From contig OX597837.1 of assembly GCA_951406725.2 (NCBI GenBank), positions 23,250,001 to 23,314,000 on the forward strand: a stretch of DNA of 64,000 bases, read 5' to 3'. Below the pieces are notes generated by a model, which saw only the letters and a program-made list of their open reading frames with translations, was not told where the DNA came from and did no database searches. The translations under genes were made by a program, and so were the position numbers. Positions 1 through 12,344 of this stretch are shown in pieces (within the stretch, counting starts at the first letter, position 1; every line of letters starts with the position of its first letter). This DNA comes from Octopus vulgaris. Its lineage: Eukaryota.

Positions 1-330
1 CCGTATTCTCCCCCCCCTCGTGTCCCTCTATCCCTACTATTCTGTTCTTTCAGAATTTTCTATCATTACAACCTCCATACTCCTACACTTTTTCTTAATA
101 ATATAATTCTTTGTTTCCATCTCTTTCTCTCTCTTTCACTTCCTTCATGATTATCTGTCCTGTCTGTCTGTCTGTCCATCGGTCTGTTTGTCAACTGTCA
201 GTCTGTCTGTCTGTCTCCCTCTGCCTTCTCCCCCTTCTCTCCACCATACTCTATCACATTTTCACTCTTTACCACTCATAGTCACTGCATTTCATTACCC
301 TTTCTCCTTTCTTTCTTCAACATATTACAT

Positions 331-333
<3 letters not shown>

Positions 334-416
<83 letters not shown>
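334..416. repeat. (CA)n microsatellite
   Basis: Perfect CA run; produces the HTHT artefact ORF at 188..592. Confidence 0.97.
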
Positions 417-417
<1 letters not shown>

Positions 418-664
418 TTTATCTCTTTTCCAAACACAGTTTCATCCTTCCACATGGCATATCATATTACATCACACACACTCACTATTGCTCCACCTGC
501 TAAAAATAACAGCCAAATGTCCTTCATCTCATACCCCAATGTTTCAAGAAATGACACACTGGTACACATGTCATACTTTTCCTGCATATTGAGATAAGAC
601 AGGTTGGCCACAGCCGGAATGCCTTTGATAAGACAGCAGTCTGCTTGAGGTTAAACAGCCACTG

Positions 665-957
665 CTACGTTAAGGGTAATGTGTCTACGGAGCACTCAGC
701 CACTTGCACATTAATTTGCCAAGCAGGTTGTTCTGTTGATCGGATCAACTGGAACCACGAGGCAGGCGTCGTCGGGCGTCGCCGTTCGTGTTGTAGTGCG
801 TTCACCTCCTGGTCATTTTGGCCCACATGGTTCCTCCGAGGGTGCTCTTCGCCGAGTGTCCGAGGCGGCCGGTACATTCACTGTGAAAAAATTAGAGTGT
901 TCAGAGCAAGCCCCACCGGTTTGCATACGAAAAGTCGTCATAACCGATGGAGTGCCA
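665..957 (+). mobile_element. SINE family A 3' tail fragment interrupted by a ~175-bp CpG-rich insert (757-933)
   Basis: CTACGTTAAGGGT...GGATCAACTGGAACC and GTCGTCATAACCGATGGAGTGC match the tail of the 3399-3785 copy, separated by unrelated sequence. Confidence 0.7.
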
Positions 958-988
958 CGATATACATATATATATATGTGTGTGTGTG

Positions 989-1140
989 TGTCCCCGTTAC
1001 TTAGCGGTTCGGCAAAAGAGACCGATAGAATAAGTACTGGGCTTACAAAAGAATAAGTGCCGGGGTCGAGTTGCTCGATTAAAGGCGGTGCTCCAGCATG
1101 GCCGCAGTCAAATGACTGAAACAAGTAAGAAAAGAGTAAA
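989..1140 (+). mobile_element. SINE family C, 3' half
   Basis: GTCCCCGTTACTTAGCGGTTCGGCAAAAGAGACC...GGCGGTGCTCCAGCATGGCCGCAGTCAAATGACTGAAACAAG, as in the 6730 and 49331 copies. Confidence 0.85.
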
Positions 1141-1144
1141 GGAG

Positions 1145-1186
<42 letters not shown>

Positions 1187-1195
1187 CATCAAATT

Positions 1196-1660
1196 CATTA
1201 TCGTTTAACGTCTGCTTTCCATGCTGGCATGGGTTGGATGGTTTGACTGAGGACTGGTGAACCAGATGGCTGCACCAGGTTCCAATCTTATCTGACAAAG
1301 TTTCTACAGCTGGATGTGTAGTGGGTGCTTTTACATTCCACCGACAGGAGGGCCAGTCAGGTGGTACTGGTGACAGTCACGCTCAAATGGTGATTTTTAA
1401 GTGCCTCCTGCACAGGAGCCAGTCCAATGGCATTGGCAATGACCTTGCTTGAATGTTGTTTTTCATGTGCCAGCAAGGCGACACTGGGAACAATCATGCT
1501 CAAATGGTGCTTTTTATGTGCCACCAGCACAGGAGCCAGTCAGCGGCCCTAGCAATGATCACGCTTGGACAGTGCTTTTAACGTTCCACTGGCATGGCTG
1601 CCAGTCAGGCAGTGCTATCATTGGCCACATCAGTGAATTTGATTTTGATTGTGATCATAT
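1196..1660 (-). mobile_element. Family D (RTE-type 3' UTR) copy
   Basis: Reverse complement of ...CCAACCCATGCTAGCATGGAAAGCAGACGTTAAACGAT, plus internal GGCAC..AAAAAGCACC sub-repeats. Confidence 0.75.
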
Positions 1661-1877
1661 GGTACATACCTGGTAGTTTGCTGGTAAAGCATGTTCACTG
1701 GCTCAGTGTTCGTTAGGTATTTGGTGAGCCTGAAGCATAGTTTTTGGTTCAGCCCCATTGCATCACATATTGGGCAAGTATCTTTTGTTGTAGCCTCAGG
1801 CTGACAAAAGCCTTGTGTGTGGAATTAGTAGATAGGAACTGAAAGAAGCCAGCCATATATATATGTATATATGTATA

Positions 1878-2188
1878 TGACATGTGACATGTGACCGACC
1901 AGGCTATCAGGTGTTGCTACACATCGCTGGTCACAATGCACTTCACATTGTTTTGGCCATCAAGTGATGCCACCAAGCTGGCTAAGTGAGCAGGCCAACA
2001 GAAGAAAGAATGAGAGAAAGTTGTGGCAAAAGTGTACAGCAGGGATCGCCACCACCCCCTGCTGGAGCCTCATGGAGCTTTAGGTGTTTTCGCTCAATAA
2101 ACACCCACAACACCCGGTCTGGGAATCGAAACCACAATCCTACAACCGTGAGTCCACTGCCCTAACCATTGGGCCATTGCACCTCCAC
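1878..2188 (-). mobile_element. SINE family A variant with RTE-derived tail
   Basis: Head GTGGAGGTGCAATGGCCCAATGGTTAGGGC... with B-box GGTTTCGATTCC. The tail TGTGACCAGCGATGT..CCTGATAGCCTGGTCGGTCA(CATGT) resembles the LINE end at 32760-32822. It sits in the (TA)n linker of a decayed family C copy (1695-1855). Confidence 0.8.
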
Positions 2189-2320
2189 ATATATATGTAT
2201 ATATATATATGTGTGTGAATGTGTGTGTGTGTGTGTGTGTGTGTGTATAAATATATAGCCAGTCTTACCAATCAGTTTCAGTCTGGGGTTCAACAGAGTG
2301 TTAGGTAACATATGTAGAAC

Positions 2321-3360
2321 ATACTACCAGAGATACCCAGCATTACTCAGGATTAAAACAGCATAGTTTTTATGTGTATATTACAGTTATGTTAAAAACA
2401 GGTGATACAGGAAAGTGCAGCATTGATGACAAAACATTTATGGAATAAATTTTAAAGCTTTGCATAAACGACAATTTGAGTTTAGCACACCAAAATGGGA
2501 CAGAATTATCATTTTTATAAGAATGGGATGGATCATATCTGAAAGCGACTCCAGGTGTTGTGAAGAATGAATTTGTATGTGGTCTGCTTCTGAGAGCTAT
2601 TTTATTGGACTTCTGTATAATCTGGTGTGATAAACATTGTTTTAATGATTCTTTATTAAGTGCTGCAACATGCGTTTGCCGATCTTGGGATAGTCTCATC
2701 TCCCTTCTCTCTTGAGACTCCAACTAATGTGCTGCAGCATGCCTTTAGTGATCTTGAGAAAGTCCCATCTTCCTTCTGTCTTGGGACTCCATCAGATGTG
2801 TTGCAGCATGCCTGTGCTGGTGTTGAGAAAGTCTCCTCTCCCTTCTCTCTTGAGACTGCATCTCTTTGACGTGCTTCAGCATGTGTTTGGTGATCTTTGG
2901 AAAGTGTCTTATCTCTTCTGTACTGAAACTCCATCTGACATGCTGAAGCATGCCTCTGCTAATCTTGAGAAAGTCTCATGTCCCTTATCTCTTGAGACTC
3001 CAACTAATGTGCTGCAGCATGCCTTTAGTGATCTTGAGAAAGTCCCATCTTCCTTCTGTCTTGGGACTCCATCAGATGTGTTGCAGCATGCCTGTGCTGG
3101 TGTTGAGAAAGTCTCTTCTCCCTTCTCTCATGAGATTGCATCTCTTTGACATGCTGCAGCATGTGTTTGGTGATCTTGAGAAAGTATCATTGAGAAAGTA
3201 TCTCTTGAGACTCTTGCCTTCGGTTTTCTGCATCCTCCTAGTTTGATAAGTGTTTCTGGAGAGATTATGTTTTTTTGTCTCAGTGTCATATTTTTGTCAA
3301 TATTTCAAACCAAAAATTATGAACATAGAAAAATATATACATTAACCTCTATTTTTGTAA
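2321..3360 (-). pseudogene. Helitron-like RepHel N-terminal remnant with a 69-bp (23-aa) tandem repeat
   Basis: Minus-strand peptides ESQERREMRLSQDRQTHVAA (repeated) and VAFRYDP..Y, followed by frameshifted Cys-rich sequence typical of Helitron RepHel N-termini. Repeat units start at ~2660, 2729, 2798, 2871, 2940, 3009, 3078 and 3151. Confidence 0.6.
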
Positions 3361-3398
3361 GCAGTTGTATGTATGTAGTATGTCTATATTTTTGTATG

Positions 3399-3785
3399 TG
3401 GAGGCGCAATGGCCCAGTGGTTAGGGCAGCGGACTCGCGGTCATGGGATCGCGGTTTTGATTCCCAGACCGGGCGTTGTGAGTGTTTATTGAGCGTAAAC
3501 ACCTAAAGCTCCACGAGGCTCCGGCAGGGGATGGTGGTGATCCCTGCTGTACTCTTTCACCACAACTTTCTCTCACTCTTACTTCCTGTTTCTGTTGTAC
3601 TTGTATTTCAAAGGGCCGGCCTTGTCACTCTCTGTGTCACGCTGAATATCCCCGAGAACTACGTTAAGGGTACACGTGTCTGTGGATTGCTCAGCCACTT
3701 ACACGTTAATTTCACGAGCAGGCTGTTCCGTTGATTCGGATCAACCAGAACCCTCGTCGTCGTAACCGATGGAGTGCTTCCATCC
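3399..3785 (+). mobile_element. SINE family A, full length (tRNA-Arg-like head)
   Basis: A-box TGGCCCAGTGG, anticodon loop with TCG, B-box-like GGTTTTGATTCC. TSD ATTTTTGTATG at 3388-3398 and 3786-3796. Near-identical to the 16942 and 55725 copies. Confidence 0.92.
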
Positions 3786-4179
3786 ATTTTTGTATGCGGT
3801 GTAAATTAACCAAATATAAGCAAATTGTAAATACCTTGCAACCTTGCAACTGCTGCGATAATTATGAATTGTTAATTGAACGGTAGATGTGTATTTTTAT
3901 ATACCTTGGACCTGTCACATAATTGGTTTTGTCAAGGGTCTCACCTCCAGCCGTTCTCATCACATATGTATATGCATGTGTAGATGTATGTGTGTGTTTA
4001 ATAATGTACGAAATGGGCGTGCAAACACACATACACTCACAGACACATATACATTCATACACAAAATGTGATGATACACACACATACACTCTCCCATACA
4101 GTCACATACATATAATACATTACAATATAGATCTAATTTTTTCACTTTTGACATGTACTACTGAACCAATCTAAAAGAT

Positions 4180-4320
4180 TGCTCTGGGCCTGCATTAAGT
4201 AAGAAGTTAAAATTTATTTTGGCCCAAGACGCTCCATGGACCCTAAGTAATGCATGTGTAAAATTTGAATGAAATCGGTTGGTGGGTAGTTCGTGAGTTT
4301 TAGGGATTCATACATACATT
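4180..4320. mobile_element. Helitron/HINE (DINE-1-like) terminal fragment
   Basis: TGTAAAATTTGAATGAAATCGG motif followed by a CATA repeat, similar to 57780-57860. Confidence 0.45.
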
Positions 4321-4735
4321 CTCAGCTTGTTCCATTGTTAACCCTCTGTTTTTAAAATCTTTTGTTATTGTTCTCTGCCATATTTCCTTTGGTCGGCTAC
4401 ATCTTCTTTTATTTTGTGGAACCCATTGCAAAGTGATCCAGACAGCTGAGTTCAGTTTATAGCGACAAACACAACCCAGCCAATTCCATCCCCTTGCTTC
4501 AATAGGTTCTCTTATTGGTTTTACATAAGCCTTGGTGTGCAGTTGGCTATTTGAGATCATATTCAGTCAGTAGACCTTCAAATTTTTTGTAAACATTTTA
4601 CTTTGGAACTCCTCTCATTTCTTTTCAATACTTTTGGTTGTCTCCCAACATTCAGATCCCTAGAGGAGGATGCGCTAAGTATGCTTTGCTAAAATCGTAT
4701 TTTGGTATTCTTCATGAGTATTGCTGATTTCCATA
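4320..4735 (-). pseudogene. Degraded RTE-clade LINE RT C-terminal fragment
   Basis: Peptide MISNSQLH...RGWNWLGC...LQWVPQNKRRCSRPKEIWQRT resembles the RTE motif WIGH..ALxWxPxGKRxRGRPKxTWRR. Confidence 0.7.
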
Positions 4736-4834
4736 TCACAAACTACAGAAACAATAAGAAACAATGATATATATATATATAAATGAATAAATAAATAAAC
4801 GGAGTTGAACGAAGATGTTAATAAAATTCTTTTA

Positions 4835-4916
4835 CTTTCGACATATATTTCGACGACAACATGGTTTTATTCCAAAGGAATAAAAATTGTAAAATACAAT
4901 CTTCTCATCAGGAAAG
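4835..4916 (-). ncRNA. Type-I minimal hammerhead ribozyme motif in a Penelope-like module (4790-5035)
   Basis: Minus strand reads CTTTC-CTGATGA-stem II (GAAGA...TCGTC)-GAAA-TATATG-TC-GAAAG. Stem I is CTTTC/GAAAG and the cleavage triplet is GUC. Same family as 56720-57260. Confidence 0.75.
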
Positions 4917-5074
4917 AAAGAGAGCCTTTCTCAACAACAAGACTTTATAGCAATTACGAATTTGCTATCCTGGTAATGGTTCATTGAATTTTCCATGTTA
5001 ACGGTAAACATAGGATAATTCATTCACCCATTGAAATATATATATATATATATATATATCATATAACATATAAC

Positions 5075-5720
5075 TATAACATATACACCCTTTATAATAT
5101 GCTGTAGTATATATACCCCCTATAATGCAATGTAGCACATACACCTTCTATAATGTACTATAGCATACACACCCTTTTTAATGTACTATAATATAAATAT
5201 AATCTATACTGTACTATTTCACATACATTCCACAATGTACCAAATACACAAATATATATATATATATATATAGAAGACCCAGTAGGACAAGTGAGACCAT
5301 AACCCGTGACCTTTACCTGAGATGTAGCCAGTCCACTTATGCGTAACTTTCCTCCTTGGGACACAAAACTCTGCTTGCGAAGACCTGTTGAGGCAAGTGA
5401 AATCAAAATCGATCAAAAAATCAATGGAAATTGTAGTTGTGATACCAGTGCCAGTGGCATGTAAAAAGATCCTTCCGAACGTGGCCGTTGCCAGCACCTT
5501 CTTGACTGGCCTCCGTGCCAGTGGCACGTAAAAAGTACCCACTACACTCTCAGAGTGGTTGGCGTTAGGAAGGGCATCAAGCCGTAGAAACATTGCCAGA
5601 TCAGACTGGTGCCTGTGCAGCCTCCTGGCTTCCCAGACCCTGGTCGAACCGTCCAACCCATGCTAGCATGGAAAACAGACGTTAAACGATGATGATGATG
5701 ATGATGATATGTGTGTGTGA

Positions 5721-5753
<33 letters not shown>

Positions 5754-6330
5754 TATACCTTATATAATCATTCATATGTACTTCTATAATGCTTTTTATG
5801 ACCCCACCACACTTTCTATAATATACTATAAACTATAGCATACAGACGTTCACACAAACACAAACTCTGTAATGTATTATATTACACATATATAATGGCC
5901 TATAAAAACACACACGTACCTTTATAATCTTCTATTCCGCACACACCTTCTATAATGTACTAAATGCATATACACATACATACATACATACATACACATA
6001 TCTTCATAATGTACAAGACTATACGCTCACACACTTTCTGTAATGTACTATAACATACACACACACTCACACACACACACACATTTTCTTTAATGTATTA
6101 CACTCCACCACCATGCATATGCACACACACGCAAGCACACATTCATAATGTACTATCCCCCACACATATCTTCTGTAATACACTATACCAAGTACACACA
6201 CATACATACACACACATACATGCACTCACACACACATAGACATATACGCATGCATATACACACACACATGCATATACACACATAATGTACAGCATACACA
6301 CATCCCTTCTATAATACACACACACATGTG
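5075..6330. repeat. Duplicated block of a ~30-bp TATAATGTACTATA minisatellite (paralog of 9414-10330)
   Basis: Collinear, unit-by-unit similarity with 9414-10330; this copy is interrupted by family D at 5272-5708. Confidence 0.75.
5272..5708 (+). mobile_element. Family D (RTE-type 3' end) copy
   Basis: GGTTGGCGTTAGGAAGGGCATC...CCAACCCATGCTAGCATGGAAAACAGACGTTAAAC(GAT)n tail. Confidence 0.85.
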
Positions 6331-6729
6331 TGTGTGTGTATATAAATATATATTTATTCATGTATGTTTATATGTATGTATGTGTGTGTGGATGTGTGGA
6401 TGTGCACATGCATGTATGTGTGTGAGTGACTGTCTCTTTGCTTTGACTTCATATCATAGTTGTAAACGAACATCACCAACATGCAAGCAATGGCATTTCT
6501 TTCCAGTATTCCATGAAAACACATCTACCCATGGACAATACTTGGATATAGGTGAGGGTTGAGAACAGGAAAGGCATCTGGCTGTATAGAAAATCTGCCA
6601 CATGTAAACATAGAAAAGTGTCACGGGCAGAGCTGTTAGCACATGGGCAAAATGCTTAGCAGTATTTTATCCGTCATTACGGTTTGAGTTCAAATTCCAC
6701 TGAGGTCGACTTTGCCTTTTCATCCTTCT

Positions 6730-7220
<491 letters not shown>

Positions 7221-7526
7221 AGATAAAATAAATAGCAGTCGAACGCTGGAGTCAATGTAATCGATTTTTCCCCCCTCCCCCAAATTTCTGCCCATAGCAG
7301 AAAGGACATACATTTTATTGTGCTGTACAATAACACTCCAGGTACAAGGACTATTTATTCAAGTACTTTGTACTATAATATTTTACTATACCACAACAAA
7401 GGTTAGAGGTGTAATGTATAAATGTAAAATTACACTATAAAGTTGTAGTGTACAATATACTATCTATAGTGTTGTATGAAAGCAGGCACATGTTACTATG
7501 AATTACCTGCATCACCTTACTAGCAC

Positions 7527-8059
7527 TTGTGCTGGTGGCACGTGAAAAAACATTCAAGTGAGGTCGTTGCCAGTGCCACTGGACTGGCTCCTGTGCAGGT
7601 GGCACATAAAAAGCACCATTTGAGCGTGGCCGTTGCCAGTACCTATTTCTTTATTATCCACAAGGGGCTGAACATAGAGGGGACAAACATGGACAGACAT
7701 AGGTATTAAGTCGATTATATCGATCCCAGTGCTTAACTGGTACTTAATTTATCGACCCCGAAAGGATGAAAGGCAAAGTCGACCTCGGCAGAATTTGAAC
7801 TCACAATGTAATGGCAGACGAAATACCGCTAAGCATTTTGCCCGACGTGCTAACGATTCTGCTAGCTCGCCGCCTGACTGGCCCTCATGCTGGTGGCATG
7901 TAAAAGCACCCACTACACTCTCGGAGTGGTTGGCATTAGGAAGGGCATCAAGCTGTTGAAACCTTGCTGCATCAGACTGGAGCCTGGTGCAGCCATCTGG
8001 TTCGCCTGACCTCAGTCAAATCGTCCAACCCATGCTAGCATGGAAAGTGGACGTTGAAC

Positions 8060-8100
<41 letters not shown>
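7527..8100 (+). mobile_element. Family D copy interrupted by family B
   Basis: D motifs on both sides of 7641-7873; (GAT)n tail at 8060-8100. Confidence 0.8.
7641..7873 (-). mobile_element. SINE family B
   Basis: Reverse complement of GGCGGCGAGCTAGCAGAA...GAGTTCAAATTC..GAGGTCGACTTTGCCTTTCATCCTTTCGGGGTCGATAAATTAAGTACCAG...AAAGAAATAGG. Confidence 0.88.
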
Positions 8101-8237
8101 CATCTTAAGGTCTGTTTCATACCATACGTGTTCCCAATTGCCTTGTAATACACTATACACCACCTGTATGTCTTACTTCACAATGCATCATCTACAATGT
8201 TTCACTATACCTCATACCATGTAAAGTATACTATATC

Positions 8238-8747
8238 CCAGACACGGAAGTTCTGAAGCAGGCAGATCTCCCTAGCACTATCACAATCATGCGCAAGGCC
8301 CAGCTGAGATGGGCGGGCCACGTCTCCCACATGTCCGACACTCGCATCCCAAAACAGCTCTTCTACGGTGAACTCGGCCAGGGCAGGCGCAAAGTCGGAG
8401 GGCAGAAGAAGCGCTACAAGGATAGTCTCAAGGTCTCTCTCAAAGACTTCTTCATCGGAACAGAGACCTGGGAGACACTTGCTGCCAACCGCTCATCCTG
8501 GCGCAGCGCAATCACCGTGGGAGCAGGGACAGCTGAGGAGGGACGGATTCGGTCAGCGGAGCAGAAACGTCAGATGCATAAAGCCAGAGCCGCCTGCACC
8601 AGTAGCACGGGCCCTACCCACTTCTGCCCCACCTGTGGGAGGGGCTTCCTTGCCCGGATTGGCCTCACCAGCCACCTCCGGTCTCATGGCGCCAGTTCCA
8701 TCAGATGATGTCAGTTGGTCATCTTCGAACCGAAGGACGAACATTAT
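8238..8747 (+). mobile_element. 5'-truncated RTE (BovB-like) LINE with an intact C-terminal reading frame
   Basis: ORF 8289..8708 has QLRWAGHV..M.D.RIPKQLFYGEL..G.R..GGQKKRYKD.LK and a terminal C2H2 finger CPTC..F.ARIGL.SHLRSH. The 3' end has a hairpin and (ATT) tail. TSD TACTATATC at 8229-8237 and 8748-8756. Confidence 0.93.
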
Positions 8748-8749
8748 TA

Positions 8750-10570
8750 CTATATCACATACATGCTCTATAATGTAATATAGTATATATGCAACCTCTA
8801 TAATGTAATGTTGTTGCATATACACCCTCTATAATATACCATAGTTTATACACCATCTATAATGTACTTTAGAATATATACCATCTGTAATGTAATGTAG
8901 TATATACACTGTCTGCAATGTATTATAGTATATATACCCTCAATTATGCACACTCTATAATGTGGTGTAGTATATACACACTGTATAATGTAATATAGCA
9001 TATACACCCTCTGTAATGTACTGTAGCAGATACACCCTCTATAATATATATACATCATCTGTAATATAATGTAGCATATATATATATATATATATATAGA
9101 AGGTGTAAAGGGTGTGTATGCTATAATACATAACAGAAGATAGATATCATCATCATCATCATCGTTTAGCATGGAAAATGGACGCTAAACGATGATGATG
9201 ATGATGATGATGATGATATCTATCTTCTGTTATGTATTATAGCATACACACCCTTTACACTTTCTATAATGTACCATAATATATACACCCTCTATAATGT
9301 AATGTAGCATATACACTATCTAAAATGTATTATATCATATACATCCATTATAATGTACTGTAAGATATATACATCCTCTATAATGTATTATAGCATATAC
9401 ACTTTCTATAATGTACTATAACATATATACCCTTTATAATATGCTGTAGTATATACACCCCTGTAATGCAATGTAGTACATACACCTATAATGTACTATC
9501 GCATATACTCACTCTTTAATGTACTATAATATAAACGTTATCTATAATGTACTTTTTCACATACTTTCCATAATGTACTATACCAAATACACATTTTCTT
9601 AATGTACTATAATGTATACAACTTATATACTCATTCATATGCACTTCTATGATGTTTTATAAGCCCCACCACACTTTCTATAATGTACTATAAACTATAA
9701 CACACAGACACACACACTCTGTAATGTCTTATATTACACATCTATAATGACCTATAAAAACACGCACGTACCTTTATAATGTTCCATTCCACACACACCT
9801 ATAATATATAAAACCACATATATAGACACTTTCTACAATATACTAAATGTATGTACATATACATATACATATCTCCATAATGTACTATAGCACACATACA
9901 CACACACACACACACTTTCTATGATGCATTGTACCAAACCCACCCACATACACACACACACACACACACACCTTCATAATGTACGCTCTCACACACTAAT
10001 TCATAGTATACAAGACTATACACTCACATACTTTCTGTAATGTACTATAACACACACAAACACACACACTCCTTCATAATGTACTATGACACAGACACAC
10101 CTTCATAATGTACTATTCCCCACACACACACATTCATAACGTACTCTAAACCATACACACACATACTTATTCATAATGTACTATCCCCCAAAACACATTT
10201 CTGCTATAATACACTGTACTATGTACACACACATGCATACACACACATGCATACACACATAGAGATATACACACACATTCATAATGTTCTGCATACACAC
10301 ATCCATTCTATAATATATACCACACATACACACACAGATTCATAATGTACTATTCACATATACATGCCTTCTATAATGCATTATACCACACACACACACA
10401 CACACGCACACATGCACACACATTAATAATGTATTACATACATACCTTCTATAATGTATTATATTTCACACACACACACACATACAAAGAGTCATACACA
10501 CACATTTGTAATGTAGTATAACACATACATAAGCAGACATAAACACACCTTCATAAAGTACTACAGCATG
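8750..10570. repeat. Degenerate ~30-33-bp minisatellite (TATAATGTACTATAGCATATACACCC..)
   Basis: Dozens of units starting CTATAATGTA at about 30-bp spacing, increasingly interrupted by CA repeats. Confidence 0.85.
9095..9268. repeat. Fold-back inverted repeat centred on a family D tail
   Basis: Arms 9095-9170 and 9184-9268 are complementary apart from (GAT)n length and one mismatch; 13-nt loop. Confidence 0.9.
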
Positions 10571-10969
10571 CACACACCTTCAGTAATTGCACCTCAATTT
10601 CTATATATTTATTCAATTCTTTTATCAACTTTTCCTCAAATCACTTTTGTTGAAAAATCTTTTCCTGATTGTCAAAGAATACGAAGAATATTGAGAAATA
10701 TTGATAAAACTGGAACAAAATTTTCATTTCCCCTCAAGTTTCAGTCCCCCAATATCTTTGCCTATCATATATGCACGTAATCCCACATACATCACACACA
10801 CATACACACAATAAATACTCTGTATACAATGGTTTCTTTTTTAACTTCACCATCAATCTAACCACCCACTTACTCTAATCATCTCGCTATCATCATCATC
10901 AATCTGCTATTTATTTTTTGGTGTATTTCTTTTTAAACTTTACTTTTTCTTTTTACCAATTTATGTTTG

Positions 10970-11171
10970 AATTATTATTGTAATTATTGCTATTATTATT
11001 ATTGTTGTTGTTATTGTCGCTGATGTTATTATTATTCTTAGTATTATCAGTATTGATATTTCTATTATTATTGCTGTCATCACCATCATTATCACCACCA
11101 CCACCACCACCACAACCACCACCACCACCACAACCACCGCCACCACCACCACCACCGCCACCACAACCAAC

Positions 11172-11205
<34 letters not shown>

Positions 11206-11317
11206 TCATCCCAACGGTTATATTATTAATATTTCTATTGTTGCTGTTGTCTTGTCACAGTCATCATCACTATTATTATTATCATCATTATTATTGTTAT
11301 TGTTGTTGTTGTTGTTG

Positions 11318-11375
<58 letters not shown>

Positions 11376-11608
11376 TGTGTTATTGTCAGGAAGTTGAAAT
11401 GAGAGAAAGAATTCAACAGAAAATTTCCTTACCTCACCCACTTAGTAATAAATGAATAAATAAATTAACAACAACAACAACAACAACAGCAACAAATAAT
11501 GAAAGAAAAAGAAAGAAGAAAAAGTTAGTGTCATCAAGTAAAAACATAGAAAAGGAATGAACAAAATCTCTGAGATTGTATTATTTAAAATCAAACTTAC
11601 TGTTGCTA

Positions 11609-11655
<47 letters not shown>

Positions 11656-11674
11656 AACAACAACAACAACAACA

Positions 11675-11740
<66 letters not shown>
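10970..11740. repeat. Compound trinucleotide microsatellites (ATT, CAC, CAT, GTT, ACT, AAT)
   Basis: Source of the poly-L/P/V/T/N artefact ORFs. Confidence 0.93.
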
Positions 11741-11744
<4 letters not shown>

Positions 11745-12298
11745 GCCCTGATGCAGTACCAGGCAGTGGCTCTCATGGCTTCTGATCTTAACTGATTGGA
11801 AGTGTTATAATGTGCATTGTTTTGTCTTGGTATAAAAGATGGGCTACAGCAAATATTCTGCTCAATACCACAGATTTGCTTGTCAGTTGTTTGACATTAA
11901 CCACCTGAGCATGTCCCTTAGCGGCTGACGATATGTGCATCTCTGATCATGAGCAGAAGTAGTGGGGGAGCATCATAGCCGTGTGCTGAAAGGAATTCTT
12001 AGAGGTTTGGATAATTCACCTTTGGAAACACGGATGGTTCGTTCAACATCCTTAAACAATCCTTATTCAGGGACCTTTTGAGCGGGATGGACTACTCGAC
12101 CAGAAGAAAATTCTAACTGGGCCCCACCTGCAAGGAGATGTGCTATTTATCTTGATATGAGATCACCATGTCGCGCACATATGGTTGTGATGCATGTGCC
12201 TAGTGTACCCTTATGAGCCGGGTAGTCATGATGGGTATACTGGGCTTCGTATATTTTATCCCAGTGTCACTTTGATGGCATGCACTGCTCTCTCACTC

Positions 12299-12299
<1 letters not shown>
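11741..12299 (+). mobile_element. Family E non-coding element inserted in (AAT)n
   Basis: Highly similar to 14797-15340, and both copies are flanked by (AAT)n on each side. Strand is inferred from an end-only copy at 24885-24950. Confidence 0.8.
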
Positions 12300-12338
<39 letters not shown>

Positions 12339-12344
12339 TTAATA

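Noticed and set aside
1095-1125. CAGTC-AAAT-GACTG-AAAC hairpin as a hammerhead
   Set aside because: No upstream CUGANGA core; better explained as the CR1-type 3' stem-loop.
3399-3475. tRNA gene-like sequence (also other SINE heads and ~53190-53250)
   Set aside because: No complete acceptor stem; it continues into a repeated SINE body with TSDs.
8750-10570. CRISPR-like periodic repeat
   Set aside because: Eukaryotic context, degenerate units, no unique spacers and no cas genes; it is a minisatellite.
10987-11229. Signal-peptide-like poly-Leu plus poly-Pro ORF
   Set aside because: Made entirely of ATT/CAC/CAT repeats, starts at TTG and has no splice context.
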